The translations under genes were made by a program, and so were the position numbers. DNA of 64,000 nt from Phycisphaerae bacterium (lineage in GTDB: Bacteria; Planctomycetota; Phycisphaerae; SM23-33): the NCBI GenBank assembly GCA_041946855.1, contig JBHGBE010000003.1, positions 47,662 through 111,661 on the forward strand, in the 5' to 3' direction. Every line of letters begins with the position of its first letter. Position 1 is the first letter of the stretch. The notes beneath the pieces are model-generated. The model did no database searches. It worked only from the letters and a program-made list of their open reading frames with translations, and was not told where the DNA came from. Below are positions 29,369 through 40,873 of the stretch, piece by piece.

Positions 29369-30169
29369 ATGATCGTTGACCACGACGTCCACGTACACAC
29401 CGTTCTGTCGGCCTGCTGTTCGGATGAGAGGGCGACGCCGGCCAACATCATCGCCCGCGCGGCCGAGGTCGGGCTAAAGACCATCGGCTTCGCCGATCAT
29501 CTGTGGGATTCGGCCGTGCCTGGCGGCAGCAACTGGTACCGGCCCCAGGATGTGGCCCACGTGCTGCGCACGCGGGATGCGCTGGCTAATGACGCGCGCA
29601 GTGTGCGAGTGCTCGTCGGCTGCGAGAGCGATTACTGCGGCGGCGGCAAGGTGGGCATCACGCCGGAATCGGCGCGGCAGTTCGACTTCGTCCTGCTCCC
29701 CATGTCGCACTTCCACATGAGGGGATTTGTCGTGCCGGAGGGGCTCGCCGACCCAGGCCAGATCGCGCACCTCCTCGTCCAGCGTTTCAACGAGGTCGTC
29801 GAGCTTGGCCTTGCCACCGGCATACCCCACCCGTTCCTGCCAGTAGGCGATGCGGAGCGCGTTGACGAGATAACGTCGCACCTGAGCGACGATGACCTGA
29901 AGGCCTGCTTCGGCCGCGCGGCCCAACGGCACGTCAGCGTCGAGGTCAGCACGGCCATGTTCCCATCCTGCGAGCAAGGCGAAGAGGATGGGTTCCACGA
30001 TGAGTCATTCCTCCGCATCCTGCGGATCGCCAAGCGCAGCGGGTGCCTGTTCCACTTCGCCAGCGACTCGCACAGCCTGGCCGGCATCGGCCGGGTGCTG
30101 AAGCTCGCGCCAATCGCGGATGACATCGGCATCACGCCTGATGACATCCACCCTCTCTTCCGAAGCTGA
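29369..30169 (+). CDS. PHP-domain (polymerase/histidinol phosphatase-like) metal-dependent phosphoesterase
   Basis: The His/Asp metal ligands DHDVHVHT...ADH...H are present. Confidence 0.6.
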   Translation: MIVDHDVHVHTVLSACCSDERATPANIIARAAEVGLKTIGFADHLWDSAVPGGSNWYRPQDVAHVLRTRDALANDARSVRVLVGCESDYCGGGKVGITPESARQFDFVLLPMSHFHMRGFVVPEGLADPGQIAHLLVQRFNEVVELGLATGIPHPFLPVGDAERVDEITSHLSDDDLKACFGRAAQRHVSVEVSTAMFPSCEQGEEDGFHDESFLRILRIAKRSGCLFHFASDSHSLAGIGRVLKLAPIADDIGITPDDIHPLFRS

Positions 30170-30217
30170 AGGGCCGTTTGCTGTTGTCCGCCTGAATCCC
30201 GGCTACTATGATTCGCT

Positions 30218-32078
<1,861 letters not shown>

Positions 32079-32080
<2 letters not shown>

Positions 32081-32200
32081 TTGTGGATTGTGAATTGTGG
32101 ATTGTGGATTGTGTATTTCCCCGTGCCAGCATTGACCCGCGGATAGCCGGCCGAGCCCGTCGATGGAAATCCACAATACGCAATTCACAATTCACAATAT
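32079..32200. repeat. Inverted pair of 7-nt arrays (gattgtggattgtgaattgtggattgtggattgtg ... cacaatacgcaattcacaattcacaat)
   Basis: Direct reading shows the pair between hscA and fdx. Confidence 0.85.
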
Positions 32201-32222
32201 CCCGCTGCTAGAATTCAGCGCA

Positions 32223-32573
32223 ATGACCCACAAGCTCACATTCCTCCCCGCCAACGTGACCGTTGAGGTCGATCCGGCCCACCTGCCGCCTAACCATTTC
32301 GGCAAGGAGGGCAGCATCCTCGACATCGCGCTGGCCAATGGCGTCCAACTGGAGCACGCCTGCGGCGGCGCGGGCGTGTGCGGCACGTGCCACGTGATCG
32401 TCAACGCCGGCATGGAGAACCTGTCCGCTCCGGAGGATGACGAGATGGACGTGGTCGACCAGGCCCCCAACGCCACGCTCACCAGCCGCCTGGCCTGCCA
32501 GGCGGTCGTCAAGGGCGACGTGACGGTCACGGTACCGGGCTGGAACCGGAACGCCGTGTCGGAGAAACATTAG
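32223..32573 (+). CDS. fdx: ISC-type [2Fe-2S] ferredoxin
   Basis: The Cys ligands CGGAGVCGTCHV...C are present, with an adrenodoxin-type fold. Confidence 0.8.
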   Translation: MTHKLTFLPANVTVEVDPAHLPPNHFGKEGSILDIALANGVQLEHACGGAGVCGTCHVIVNAGMENLSAPEDDEMDVVDQAPNATLTSRLACQAVVKGDVTVTVPGWNRNAVSEKH

Positions 32574-32578
32574 CAGGG

Positions 32579-32800
32579 ATGACAGGGATGCCGGATCTGA
32601 AGTGGTCAGACGCGGATGAAATTGGCTTCTTGTTGAGCCAGAAGTTCCCCGACACCGACCCCCTGTCAGTTCGATTCACGGACCTGCGCGATTGGGTGAC
32701 GCAGTTGGAGGGTTTCGCCGACAAGCCCGACGGCTCCAGCGAGCAGATTCTCGAGGCGATCCAGATGGCGTGGCTGGGCTACTACAAGGACACGCACTGA
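32579..32800 (+). CDS. iscX: Fe-S assembly protein IscX (YfhJ)
   Basis: The sequence LKWSDADEIGFLL...VRFTDLRDWV...EQILEAIQMAWL matches IscX closely. Confidence 0.8.
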   Translation: MTGMPDLKWSDADEIGFLLSQKFPDTDPLSVRFTDLRDWVTQLEGFADKPDGSSEQILEAIQMAWLGYYKDTH

Positions 32801-33537
32801 CGGTAACGTCCCGTTCTCCAGGCGAATCGGACAACCGAAGCAACGGCCGCGCCTACTGACATCGCCACAGCCGCGACGCCGGCGGCGCCGATCACCGCCC
32901 AGAACCACCAGCCCAGGCCGCCAAGGACGTCGAACGCGGCCGCGATCGCCGCCAACGCAACCGGCGCGGCGATGGCCCGAAGTGCGTTACCCAGTACGCG
33001 AGGAACCCATGTGGAGTGCGGCGGCCGTGACGCCGCTTTGGATGTTCGATGTGTCGCGGCAAGTGAAAGCGGCGTCGTGTCGCTTCGCGACTGTGCCGCC
33101 GCACTCCATAGGCACTCCCGCCACAGATACGCGCTCGCGCCGATAAGCCACAGCACGGCGACGTGGCCGGTCCACAAACCGCAGAGCATCCGCCAGCGCG
33201 GGCCGATGTCGATGATGTGCAGGCCGCCGAGCATCGCTGCCGCCAGGCAAAGGATGTTGACCGCCAGCACACTCGCGCTCAGCGGCCACCGCAGCTCCAG
33301 CCCACGCGGCTCCGCCCCGCTCCGCCGCAGGCCGCTTCGCCAACGGCCGCGCCGCGCCAGGCCCCCTTGCGCCAGGCCGCTCCGCCAGATCCAAGACGCG
33401 ATCAGCCACGCCATCGTCAGCGCCGCGCCGGCGTACAGGCCCAGACACCGCTGGCAGACCGGCAGCGCACGGCCGTCGACGACGAAGCACCGCCCCTGGC
33501 CGCACAGGTGGGAGAAGATGTCCGCAATCAGGTCCAC
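32782..33537 (-). CDS. DUF2085-family membrane protein carrying an in-frame palindromic-element insertion
   Basis: The N-terminal motif CGQGRCFVVDGRALPVCQRCLGLYAG is present. Palindromic element copy 3 lies inside the ORF and is translated as SAAAQSRSDTTPLS.... Confidence 0.5.
   Translation of the reverse strand: MDLIADIFSHLCGQGRCFVVDGRALPVCQRCLGLYAGAALTMAWLIASWIWRSGLAQGGLARRGRWRSGLRRSGAEPRGLELRWPLSASVLAVNILCLAAAMLGGLHIIDIGPRWRMLCGLWTGHVAVLWLIGASAYLWRECLWSAAAQSRSDTTPLSLAATHRTSKAASRPPHSTWVPRVLGNALRAIAAPVALAAIAAAFDVLGGLGWWFWAVIGAAGVAAVAMSVGAAVASVVRFAWRTGRYRQCVSL
33009..33110. repeat. GC-rich palindromic element, copy 3 (inside the DUF2085 gene, in frame)
   Basis: The termini TGGAGTGCGGCGGCCGTGACGCCGCTTT ... 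GCGACTGTGCCGCCGCACTCCATAG match the other copies. Confidence 0.8.
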
Positions 33538-33545
33538 CTCGTCGG

Positions 33546-34913
33546 CTACTCCTTCGTCGCGGGTTCCGACCCAGCCGGCAGCGCGGGCGCCTTTGGGATC
33601 GGCGTGCGCGAGACCTCCTTGCCGGCCGTGTCGAGCGTGACAATGGCAGTGGCGTACGAGTCCTTGTCGCCGCGGTACTTGAAGGCGAAGCCCTTGGAAT
33701 CGGGTGTGGCTGTCGGGCTGTAGTAGTTGTAGTTGGTATCGACCTTGCCGGTCACCTTGCCGGAAGAGTCGAGGATCAGCAGGTTCTTCGGCCCGCAGAT
33801 GACCGTATGCTTGCCATCGGGTGCGAAGGCCATCTCCATGACGTCGGTCTTGTCCTTGTCGAGCGTGATGTCCAGCTTCTGCCGCGTGACCTTGCCGTTG
33901 AGGTCCATCACGGCCAGGACGAACTCAGTCTTGTCCTGGTCCTTTTTGGACTCCGCCGACAGGACGGCAGCCTTCTCGTTGCTGAGCCACCCGACGCCCC
34001 ACGCGTCGGGCTCAGCCACCGGCGCGGACACCATCCGGCCGTCCATCTGCCAGATGGCCAGCCTGTCGTTGTATGCGCCCGCGACGCTCTTGCCATCCGG
34101 CGACCAACGCGCTCCGGCGGCCGGGCCGGCGATGACCTTCACACATGGCTTTTCGGGGTCCACTATCAGTCCCTGGTAAAGGGCAGACACGCACACGCTC
34201 TTGCCGTCGGGGGCGAACTGCGTCCGCATCAGGCTGTACGCCATCACGATGCCGGTGCCCAGCCGCTTGTCGTCATCGCCGTACTGGAACAGCGGCGTCG
34301 CGAAGGGCGTCTCCGACACGACGCGGTCCGCCTTCAAGTCGCGGATCACCAGCGTCATCGGGTAGCCGGGCGTGCTTGTCAGCCCCGCATACTCGCGCCC
34401 GGCCTTTGCGGCATCCGCGGCGAGGTCCTCCGTGACCGGCGCGGGCTTGAGGTTGAGCATAGCCGTAAGGTCCGGCGGCGACTCCTGCGTGGCCGTCTCG
34501 CGCGGCTTGGCCTGATCGATGCGGGCCTTCTGGTAATCGATGAACTTGTCCTCCTGCTCCTGCGTCATCAGCGGCACGCGGAGGTAGGCCAGCAACTGGC
34601 CGTCCTTGCTGAAGGATGGCGCGGCCAGGAGCGCCGTTGTGCTGGCCTCGACGGTCTTGTACTTCTTGAGCCCCTTGTCCTCTTCGAGGATAAGAATTCG
34701 CGAGGTCTGCTTGCCCGAAACCAGCGGCGGCAGGTCCTTCGCCTCCTGGGGCCACGGGTCCACGGCCGCGAAGGCCAACTTCTTGCCGTCGGGGGAGAAC
34801 GCCATCGGGCTTTCCGTGCAGGCCAGGACGTGCCACAGGACGGCCGCCGCCGCGACGGACATCAGCGCGAAGGCCGGCCAGCCGCGCTTCAGCGGACTCA
34901 ATCGTCGTACCAT
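33546..34913 (-). CDS. Secreted WD40-like/TolB-like beta-propeller repeat protein
   Basis: A signal/TM segment is followed by repeated SPDGK motifs (FSPDGKKLAF, WSPDGKSVAG, FAPDGKHTVI). Confidence 0.55.
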   Translation of the reverse strand: MVRRLSPLKRGWPAFALMSVAAAAVLWHVLACTESPMAFSPDGKKLAFAAVDPWPQEAKDLPPLVSGKQTSRILILEEDKGLKKYKTVEASTTALLAAPSFSKDGQLLAYLRVPLMTQEQEDKFIDYQKARIDQAKPRETATQESPPDLTAMLNLKPAPVTEDLAADAAKAGREYAGLTSTPGYPMTLVIRDLKADRVVSETPFATPLFQYGDDDKRLGTGIVMAYSLMRTQFAPDGKSVCVSALYQGLIVDPEKPCVKVIAGPAAGARWSPDGKSVAGAYNDRLAIWQMDGRMVSAPVAEPDAWGVGWLSNEKAAVLSAESKKDQDKTEFVLAVMDLNGKVTRQKLDITLDKDKTDVMEMAFAPDGKHTVICGPKNLLILDSSGKVTGKVDTNYNYYSPTATPDSKGFAFKYRGDKDSYATAIVTLDTAGKEVSRTPIPKAPALPAGSEPATKE

Positions 34914-36517
34914 GATGGTCTCCTTGAGTAGAGTGTCGGTTGTCTGTCGCCGGGGTGGAGAATCGCCCGCAGGAAGCTGCGTGCGGCTATCGCCGTGCCC
35001 CGCCTGAAAAGCGCCATGTTCACCCGCCGCTTGCGCCTGTCGCGCTGGCGGAACATCTGCGCCAGCAGGACCGCCGCCCGCCGCCGGCCGGGCTTAAGAG
35101 ACAGCCGCCAGTAGACGCTCTCAAGTTCGCGCAGGCCCATGGACTCGGTTCGGCAGACGGGCGTATGAAAATTGTAGCTGGCCAGGTCCTCGTTGGCCAC
35201 AAGCCCTTCGCGGAGGGCGTTTTCGGCGACGGCCGTGCCGGGGTTGGGCGTCAGCGGCATGATGAAGCAGTAATCCATCCCCATGCGGTACTGGCAATCG
35301 ACCAGCCGCATGAGGTCCTCGCGCGTGTCGCCGGGAAGGCCGAAGATCATCGTGCCGATGGTGTACACTTTGGGATGCCGCTCGCGGAGGATCGCGAAGG
35401 CCTCGGCCGACACGTCGGCGGAGTTGTTGTGCTTGCCCAGCGCCGCCAGGCCCGCCGCGTCGTCCCGCTCGACGCCGATCATCACCTGCCGCAGCCCGGC
35501 GCGGACGAGCTTGTCGAGCACGCCGAGCTTCTGGTCGCGGATGATGCCATCGGCCCGCACCCAGGCGGTGTGAAGCGTCCGCGGTTGGCCGCGGCCGTCC
35601 ATCATGTCCGAGCAGAGCATCAGCTCTGCCCATCGGTCGGACCAGGCGGGCGAGCCGTTGAACGTCGGGTCAACCCAGCCGAACGTCCGCCGGCCGAAGC
35701 GCCGGTGGAGCCACGCCACCTCCTCGAAGCTGCGCTGGGCGCTCTTTGTGCGGTACACCGGCCGGACCCGCCCGTTGTTGTCGATGCTGCTGCCCATCTG
35801 CTTCCAGAGGATGCAGAAGTTGCAGTTATCGGTGCAGCCGCGGGAGTGCTCGACGCTCACAAGCGCCGGGTGGTTCCGCGAAGAGCGGCCGTAGAGGGAC
35901 ATGTCGAGCAGGACATACGCGGGCATGGGCAAGGCGTCCATGTCCTCGATCAGGGGCCGGGCGGGGGTGATGACAAGCCCGCCCGACGAATCCCTGAATG
36001 CGATGCCTGGGATCGTTGCCCACCTCGCGCGATCGTGCAGGTTGCGGAGCAACTCGACAAACGTCGCCTCCCCCTCGCCGCGGACTATGACATCTACTGA
36101 GCCGGGCTCGCCCGCGGCGCATTTGGAATTTCGGACCGAAGCTCCCTTCGGGATTGCGGATTTCGGACTGGCGCCAAGCGTACCCTCGATTGCATGCGCA
36201 AAGTACACGCCGCCCGCCACTACGACGCAATCCGGCCAGAGCCGCTTGACCAGGGCGGCCGCCCGGATCGCCTCGTGTGCGCTGACCGTCTCCTCGCCGA
36301 CGCCCAGCACGTCGATCCGCTCCGCCGCCAGGCGCTGCTCAAGTGTCCGCCACCCGCACTTCTGGCCTGGGCAGTCCCACACCTCGACCTGGGCTCCCGG
36401 CATGTCCCGCAGCACGGCCGCCGCCAGGCACAGAAGGCCCAGCGGCTGCCAGAATGCGGAGGTCTCGCTGTTGAATGGCCAGACGTATCGCGGCGGCCGA
36501 AGGAGCAGGATCCGCAT
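34898..36517 (-). CDS. B12-binding domain-containing radical SAM protein
   Basis: An N-terminal cobalamin-binding domain is followed by the radical SAM motif CNFCILW. The 7-mer repeat at 36121-36172 is in frame within the B12 domain. Confidence 0.8.
   Translation of the reverse strand: MRILLLRPPRYVWPFNSETSAFWQPLGLLCLAAAVLRDMPGAQVEVWDCPGQKCGWRTLEQRLAAERIDVLGVGEETVSAHEAIRAAALVKRLWPDCVVVAGGVYFAHAIEGTLGASPKSAIPKGASVRNSKCAAGEPGSVDVIVRGEGEATFVELLRNLHDRARWATIPGIAFRDSSGGLVITPARPLIEDMDALPMPAYVLLDMSLYGRSSRNHPALVSVEHSRGCTDNCNFCILWKQMGSSIDNNGRVRPVYRTKSAQRSFEEVAWLHRRFGRRTFGWVDPTFNGSPAWSDRWAELMLCSDMMDGRGQPRTLHTAWVRADGIIRDQKLGVLDKLVRAGLRQVMIGVERDDAAGLAALGKHNNSADVSAEAFAILRERHPKVYTIGTMIFGLPGDTREDLMRLVDCQYRMGMDYCFIMPLTPNPGTAVAENALREGLVANEDLASYNFHTPVCRTESMGLRELESVYWRLSLKPGRRRAAVLLAQMFRQRDRRKRRVNMALFRRGTAIAARSFLRAILHPGDRQPTLYSRRPSWYDD
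36121..36172. repeat. 7-mer/hairpin element (aatttcggaccgaagctcccttcgggattgcggatttcggac), intragenic and in frame
   Basis: Direct reading shows the element. It encodes EGTLGASPKSAIPKGASVRNSKCAAGEPG, inserted in the B12-binding domain. Confidence 0.65.
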
Positions 36518-36547
36518 AGGGCGCCCCAATCCGTTTACGCAATCATA

Positions 36548-37696
36548 CTACGCAAACAGGCCTCCCGCCCGCTCGGGGGGAATGTATCCGCCATCGTGGA
36601 AGAAGCGAACGGCCTCGTCGGCCGTGCGAAATACCCGCGTGGCGGTCTCGGTGACAAACGGCGACGGCGCCGCCGCCGGCCGCCATATCACGAACACGTC
36701 CTTCGCCGCCTCGTGGGCGTGCTGAAGCTCGCGCTCGACCCCGCTTGACAGCGCCGGCCGGCCCTCCGGCATCTGCGGGACAAGCGACACGATCATGTCC
36801 GCCTGGTCGATGAGCTTGAAGTCGCGGGCGTAAATCTGTCCATCGATATCCGCGATGATGTCCAGGAGCTGGCTGGTCTCCATCGAGGCCCTTGCCCCCG
36901 GCGGGCCGACCTCGACCGTCCGCCGGCCCTCCTGCGCGGCCGCCAGCGCCAGGTCGCACAGGTTCTTCTCCTCCAGGTCGCCGGGGTCGAAGCAGACGAA
37001 GTGCCGCTTCATCAGCGCGCGGAAGGCCTCGATCTCCGCGAGAACGCCCGCGGCCGCGCCGCCGTTGACGTGCGTCATGGGGAAGCTCAGGTACGCCTTC
37101 TTGAGCTGCGGGCGGAAGATGAGCCGGCACATGGCCTGCACGGCCGCGTCGCCGGGATCGACCTGCCGGTCATCGGCCATGCCGCGGGCCATGATGTAGA
37201 ACCGGCCGTGCCCGCGGACGATCTGCGCCAGCAGCTCGGTGGCCAGTATCTCCTCCTCGCGCCAGACCATGAGGTCCTTGAGGGTGTGGTCGGCGTGGCC
37301 ATCCCGCGCCAGGCGGTAGTGAACGCGATCCACGCCGTCCACCAGCGCCACGTAGAGGTCCGCGTTGAGGGCCTTCATCTGGTCGTAGTCGAAGGCGTAG
37401 AACAGGCCGTGCCGCCAGCGGAACGTGGCGTGCGTGTTAACCAGCACGTTCGCGTGGGCCTCGCACGCGGCCAGCACGTCCTTGAACACGCTGCGGCGCA
37501 GGCTGTTGAGGCGCGACAGCGGAAGGTCGAGTATTCTGCCGGCCGCCACGTCGGGGGCCTCGGCGTACATCATTCGCCCGACGTTGCACGTGATGATGTC
37601 CAGCCCCTTGCCCAGGAGCGCCACCGCCGCCTGCTCGACCGCGGCCAGAAACGGCTTCTTGTCCAGCCCGACCTGTCCCGTCACGACCACGCGCAT
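36548..37696 (-). CDS. Hypothetical two-domain protein
   Basis: The protein is a 383 aa ORF immediately upstream of, and on the same strand as, the B12-radical SAM gene. It has no confident family match. Confidence 0.4.
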   Translation of the reverse strand: MRVVVTGQVGLDKKPFLAAVEQAAVALLGKGLDIITCNVGRMMYAEAPDVAAGRILDLPLSRLNSLRRSVFKDVLAACEAHANVLVNTHATFRWRHGLFYAFDYDQMKALNADLYVALVDGVDRVHYRLARDGHADHTLKDLMVWREEEILATELLAQIVRGHGRFYIMARGMADDRQVDPGDAAVQAMCRLIFRPQLKKAYLSFPMTHVNGGAAAGVLAEIEAFRALMKRHFVCFDPGDLEEKNLCDLALAAAQEGRRTVEVGPPGARASMETSQLLDIIADIDGQIYARDFKLIDQADMIVSLVPQMPEGRPALSSGVERELQHAHEAAKDVFVIWRPAAAPSPFVTETATRVFRTADEAVRFFHDGGYIPPERAGGLFA

Positions 37697-37882
37697 GGCG
37701 ACAATGTATCTGCGGAAAACCGGACATTCTACTCTTTGCCCCAAGTTCGCGGAAGAACGCACTCGGGCGTCGTGAATCCGCTTGCCGGAGCGCGACGGCG
37801 AGATAGAATCGTCGAAACCGCTGACGGCCGTCGTCAGCGGGAAGTCATGCTGGAAATGTCGGTCCATAGGAGCAAGATCGCG

Positions 37883-38989
37883 ATGCGACGGATTGCCTTA
37901 CGCTACAAGAAGTGCATGGGCGTCCTGTCTATGGCCGTTGCGGCGTTCCTCGCGCCCGGCTGCGCGCCGTCTTCGACTTCCGCGGTAGTGAACCCGGAAG
38001 CGGGACGGGAAGGGCCGCCGTCGATCCACGTGTGGTACGGGGACCAACAGGATTTCGGGCGCCTTGGCGTGCCGCAGAAGTGGGTCAACGTGCTCGGCGG
38101 CGTGACTGGCCAGCGCCCGCTGAAACTCCTGTATTCGCTCAACGGCGCCGCGCCGAGCCCGCTTTCGCTCGGCCCCGACGGCAAACGGCTCGCCCGCGAC
38201 GGCGACTTCAACGTCGAGATCGATCCCGCAGCGCTGCGCGAGGGCGCGAACACTGTGACGCTCGTGGCCACCGATGCCGCCGGCCGTCGCGCCGAACGCA
38301 CGGTCACGGTGAACTACCGAAGCGGCAAAGCCTGGCCGTTGCCCTACACGGTCGACTGGAGCAAGGCGCGGTCGATAGCCGACGCCGTGCAGGTCGTCGA
38401 CGGCCACTGGAGGCTCGAGGCGGATGGCGTGCGAACCGCAAGCCCCTACTACGACCGTGTCCTGGCCTTCGGCGATCGCACATGGAAGGACTACACCGTG
38501 ACCGCGGCGGTCACGATCCACGGTATCCGGCCGACGCACAAGGGACCGCGAGTTCACGGCTCGGCGGTCGCCATCGCCGCACGCTGGCTTGGTCACGCCG
38601 ATGACGGGCTGCAACCGCGGGTGAAGTGGTATCCCCTGGGCGTGGCCGCTATGTTAGACCTCCCGGAGGACCTCGACCGGTGCTCGTGGCACGTGTTGCA
38701 CGGCGGCGACGAGAAGAACATGCCCGCAGGCACCATCGAGAAGGACGCCCGCAAGATCGAGCTCGGCGTCCGCTACATGATGAAGCTGCGCGTCGACAAG
38801 CTTTCGGGCGCCATCGCCCGGTACCGCGCAAAGCTGTGGAAGGACGGCGAGCCGGAGCCTGGCTGGTGGCAAGTGGACGCGGAGGAAGCACATAACAGCA
38901 TTCAGGCTGGCGGCGCTCTGCTCATCGCGCACAATGCGGACGTGACATTCGGCAAGATCACCGCCACGTCCAACGACCCGCGCGAATGA
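37883..38989 (+). CDS. Putative secreted lipoprotein
   Basis: A signal peptide with the lipobox LAPGC is present. There are no recognisable domains. Confidence 0.4.
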   Translation: MRRIALRYKKCMGVLSMAVAAFLAPGCAPSSTSAVVNPEAGREGPPSIHVWYGDQQDFGRLGVPQKWVNVLGGVTGQRPLKLLYSLNGAAPSPLSLGPDGKRLARDGDFNVEIDPAALREGANTVTLVATDAAGRRAERTVTVNYRSGKAWPLPYTVDWSKARSIADAVQVVDGHWRLEADGVRTASPYYDRVLAFGDRTWKDYTVTAAVTIHGIRPTHKGPRVHGSAVAIAARWLGHADDGLQPRVKWYPLGVAAMLDLPEDLDRCSWHVLHGGDEKNMPAGTIEKDARKIELGVRYMMKLRVDKLSGAIARYRAKLWKDGEPEPGWWQVDAEEAHNSIQAGGALLIAHNADVTFGKITATSNDPRE

Positions 38990-39044
38990 CCCTGTCCAAC
39001 CATGGCCGAGGGCGCGCGAATGCGACGGCAAACTGATCGGCGCG

Positions 39045-39560
39045 CTATTGGTCCGCGGGTAGCTCGACTGGGGCATGGCTGGTTGTCGGGGCCGGGTGAG
39101 AGGCGGCCGGCGGGGTGATCCCCGGTGAAGCGCCTTTCCGGAACGCCTCTGTCAGTCTCTTGAGTTCAGCGACCTGCACGGATAGCGCGTCCCTTTCCGT
39201 TGCCAGCCGGTCCGCGCGCGACTTCTGGAAGTCGCGCTCCTTGGCGGCGTCGCCGAGGTCCTTGAGCGCCTTGGCCTGCTGCTCGTTGATGAACTTCTGC
39301 TTGCGGAGCTCGGCGGCCATGGTCTCCTCGCGGCGGCTAAGGTAGACCTTGTCCTCCTGGAGGATCTTGATCTCATCCTTGAGCGTGGCGATATCGGCCT
39401 CGAGGTCCTTGATCTGAGCGGCCATGGGGTCGTTCGCGGCCGGCGGCGGGGCGGGAGGCGGGGTTGGCGGCTGTTGTTGCTGCTGGGGCGGGGGGCCGCA
39501 ACCCGCCGACAGCAGCAGAAGGACCGCTACTGCGAAATTCCTCGCGTGATGCACATTCAT
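39045..39560 (-). CDS. Lipoprotein with a Pro/Gln-rich linker and a coiled-coil segment
   Basis: A signal peptide and lipobox LSAGC are present, followed by a heptad-rich region. Confidence 0.4.
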   Translation of the reverse strand: MNVHHARNFAVAVLLLLSAGCGPPPQQQQQPPTPPPAPPPAANDPMAAQIKDLEADIATLKDEIKILQEDKVYLSRREETMAAELRKQKFINEQQAKALKDLGDAAKERDFQKSRADRLATERDALSVQVAELKRLTEAFRKGASPGITPPAASHPAPTTSHAPVELPADQ

Positions 39561-39645
39561 GACATTGGTGCTGCGATCATTGGTGCTTGTCTAGGATCTC
39601 TTGTTTCGAACTTCGGTTTCGGACGCCGTGGCATTTCACGACGAC

Positions 39646-40770
39646 TCATCTTGCCTCTTTGGTCGTCGGCTCGCCCTTGAGGGCCTTGTCCAGGGCCTCG
39701 GGGAAGCTCTTTTCGAGCTCTTCGAGCGTCTGCATCTCGATGCCATCCACGATTACCTTGCCGTCCTTGCCGATGATCCACAGGCTGGGAATCGCGTCGA
39801 CGCCATAGCGCTTGGCCGTCGGGTCGTCCCAGAACCTGCCGGCGTACGTCTGCGGCCAGTCCATCCCCTGCTCCTTGACGAACCTGGCGACCTGGTCCTT
39901 CTGGCCCTCCTGGTCCAGGCTGACGCCGACGAACTCGACGCCCTTGGCCTTGTACGCGGCGTACATCTTCTTCATAAACGGGACTTCCTCGCGGCACGGC
40001 GGGCACCACGTGGCCCAGAAGTCGATCACCACCACCTTGCCCAGCAGGTCCTTGGGCAAGGAGAGCTTCTTGCCGTCGAGGGTGGTCAGTTCGGCTGCAA
40101 AGGGCTGCCCCTTGTCCGGGTGCAGCACCTGGCGCAACAAACCGCGAGCTCCCTCGACGTCGAGGTACTTGTCCTTGACGATGCTGGCGAACTTCTTCGC
40201 CACGTCGCCTTGGTCCATCTGTAGCCCCAGCACGGCCGCCATCATGGCGCCCTTGGCCGCCGCGTCGGTCTTCTCGTACTTGTCGTAAAGGGCCTGCGCC
40301 TCGGCGGCGACATCATCCTTCTTCGGCTCGCCCTTGGCCTGGAGCCGGTTGAGCGCCAGGCCGAAGTCAACCTGGACCTTCACCGAATCCGGCGCGTTGG
40401 ACGCCAGGACGCGCGCGGAGATGTCAGCCACCTGCTTGCGGCTGGCGGGGTCCTTCTTGACGGAGGCGATGTACCCAGCCGCCTCCAGCATCTGCAACTG
40501 GACCTTGTACAGGTCGCCGGCTCGCTCGTAGCGTTTTTCGGCGTCGGCGCCGAGCTTGAGCACTGTCTCCATCTGCGCGATGGCCGCCTCCTCCGTCGCC
40601 GGCTCAACGGCGAACGGCTGCTCAATCCTCTTCATCACCGAATCGGGGATCATGTAAGGCGCGGTCGTGGTGGTGGGCCTGCTGGCGGGGGACGTGGTTC
40701 CCTGCGCAATGACCACGCCAGCGAATAGGGCAAGGGCCACGGCAAGTGTCAGAACGGATGTCAATCGCAT
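39646..40770 (-). CDS. TlpA-family thiol:disulfide oxidoreductase (thioredoxin fold) with an N-terminal periplasmic domain
   Basis: WATWCPPCREEVPFM is present, with a signal peptide. The ATG at 40770 is preceded by AGGAGAA. Confidence 0.75.
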   Translation of the reverse strand: MRLTSVLTLAVALALFAGVVIAQGTTSPASRPTTTTAPYMIPDSVMKRIEQPFAVEPATEEAAIAQMETVLKLGADAEKRYERAGDLYKVQLQMLEAAGYIASVKKDPASRKQVADISARVLASNAPDSVKVQVDFGLALNRLQAKGEPKKDDVAAEAQALYDKYEKTDAAAKGAMMAAVLGLQMDQGDVAKKFASIVKDKYLDVEGARGLLRQVLHPDKGQPFAAELTTLDGKKLSLPKDLLGKVVVIDFWATWCPPCREEVPFMKKMYAAYKAKGVEFVGVSLDQEGQKDQVARFVKEQGMDWPQTYAGRFWDDPTAKRYGVDAIPSLWIIGKDGKVIVDGIEMQTLEELEKSFPEALDKALKGEPTTKEAR

Positions 40771-40873
40771 CGTGTTCTCCTGGGCGCGGCCAAGCCAATG
40801 CCAGATACGGAGTGTCTGAATAACAAGAGAATTATAAGCCCCCAAAGCAAAAATGTCCCGCGGATGCGGAATT

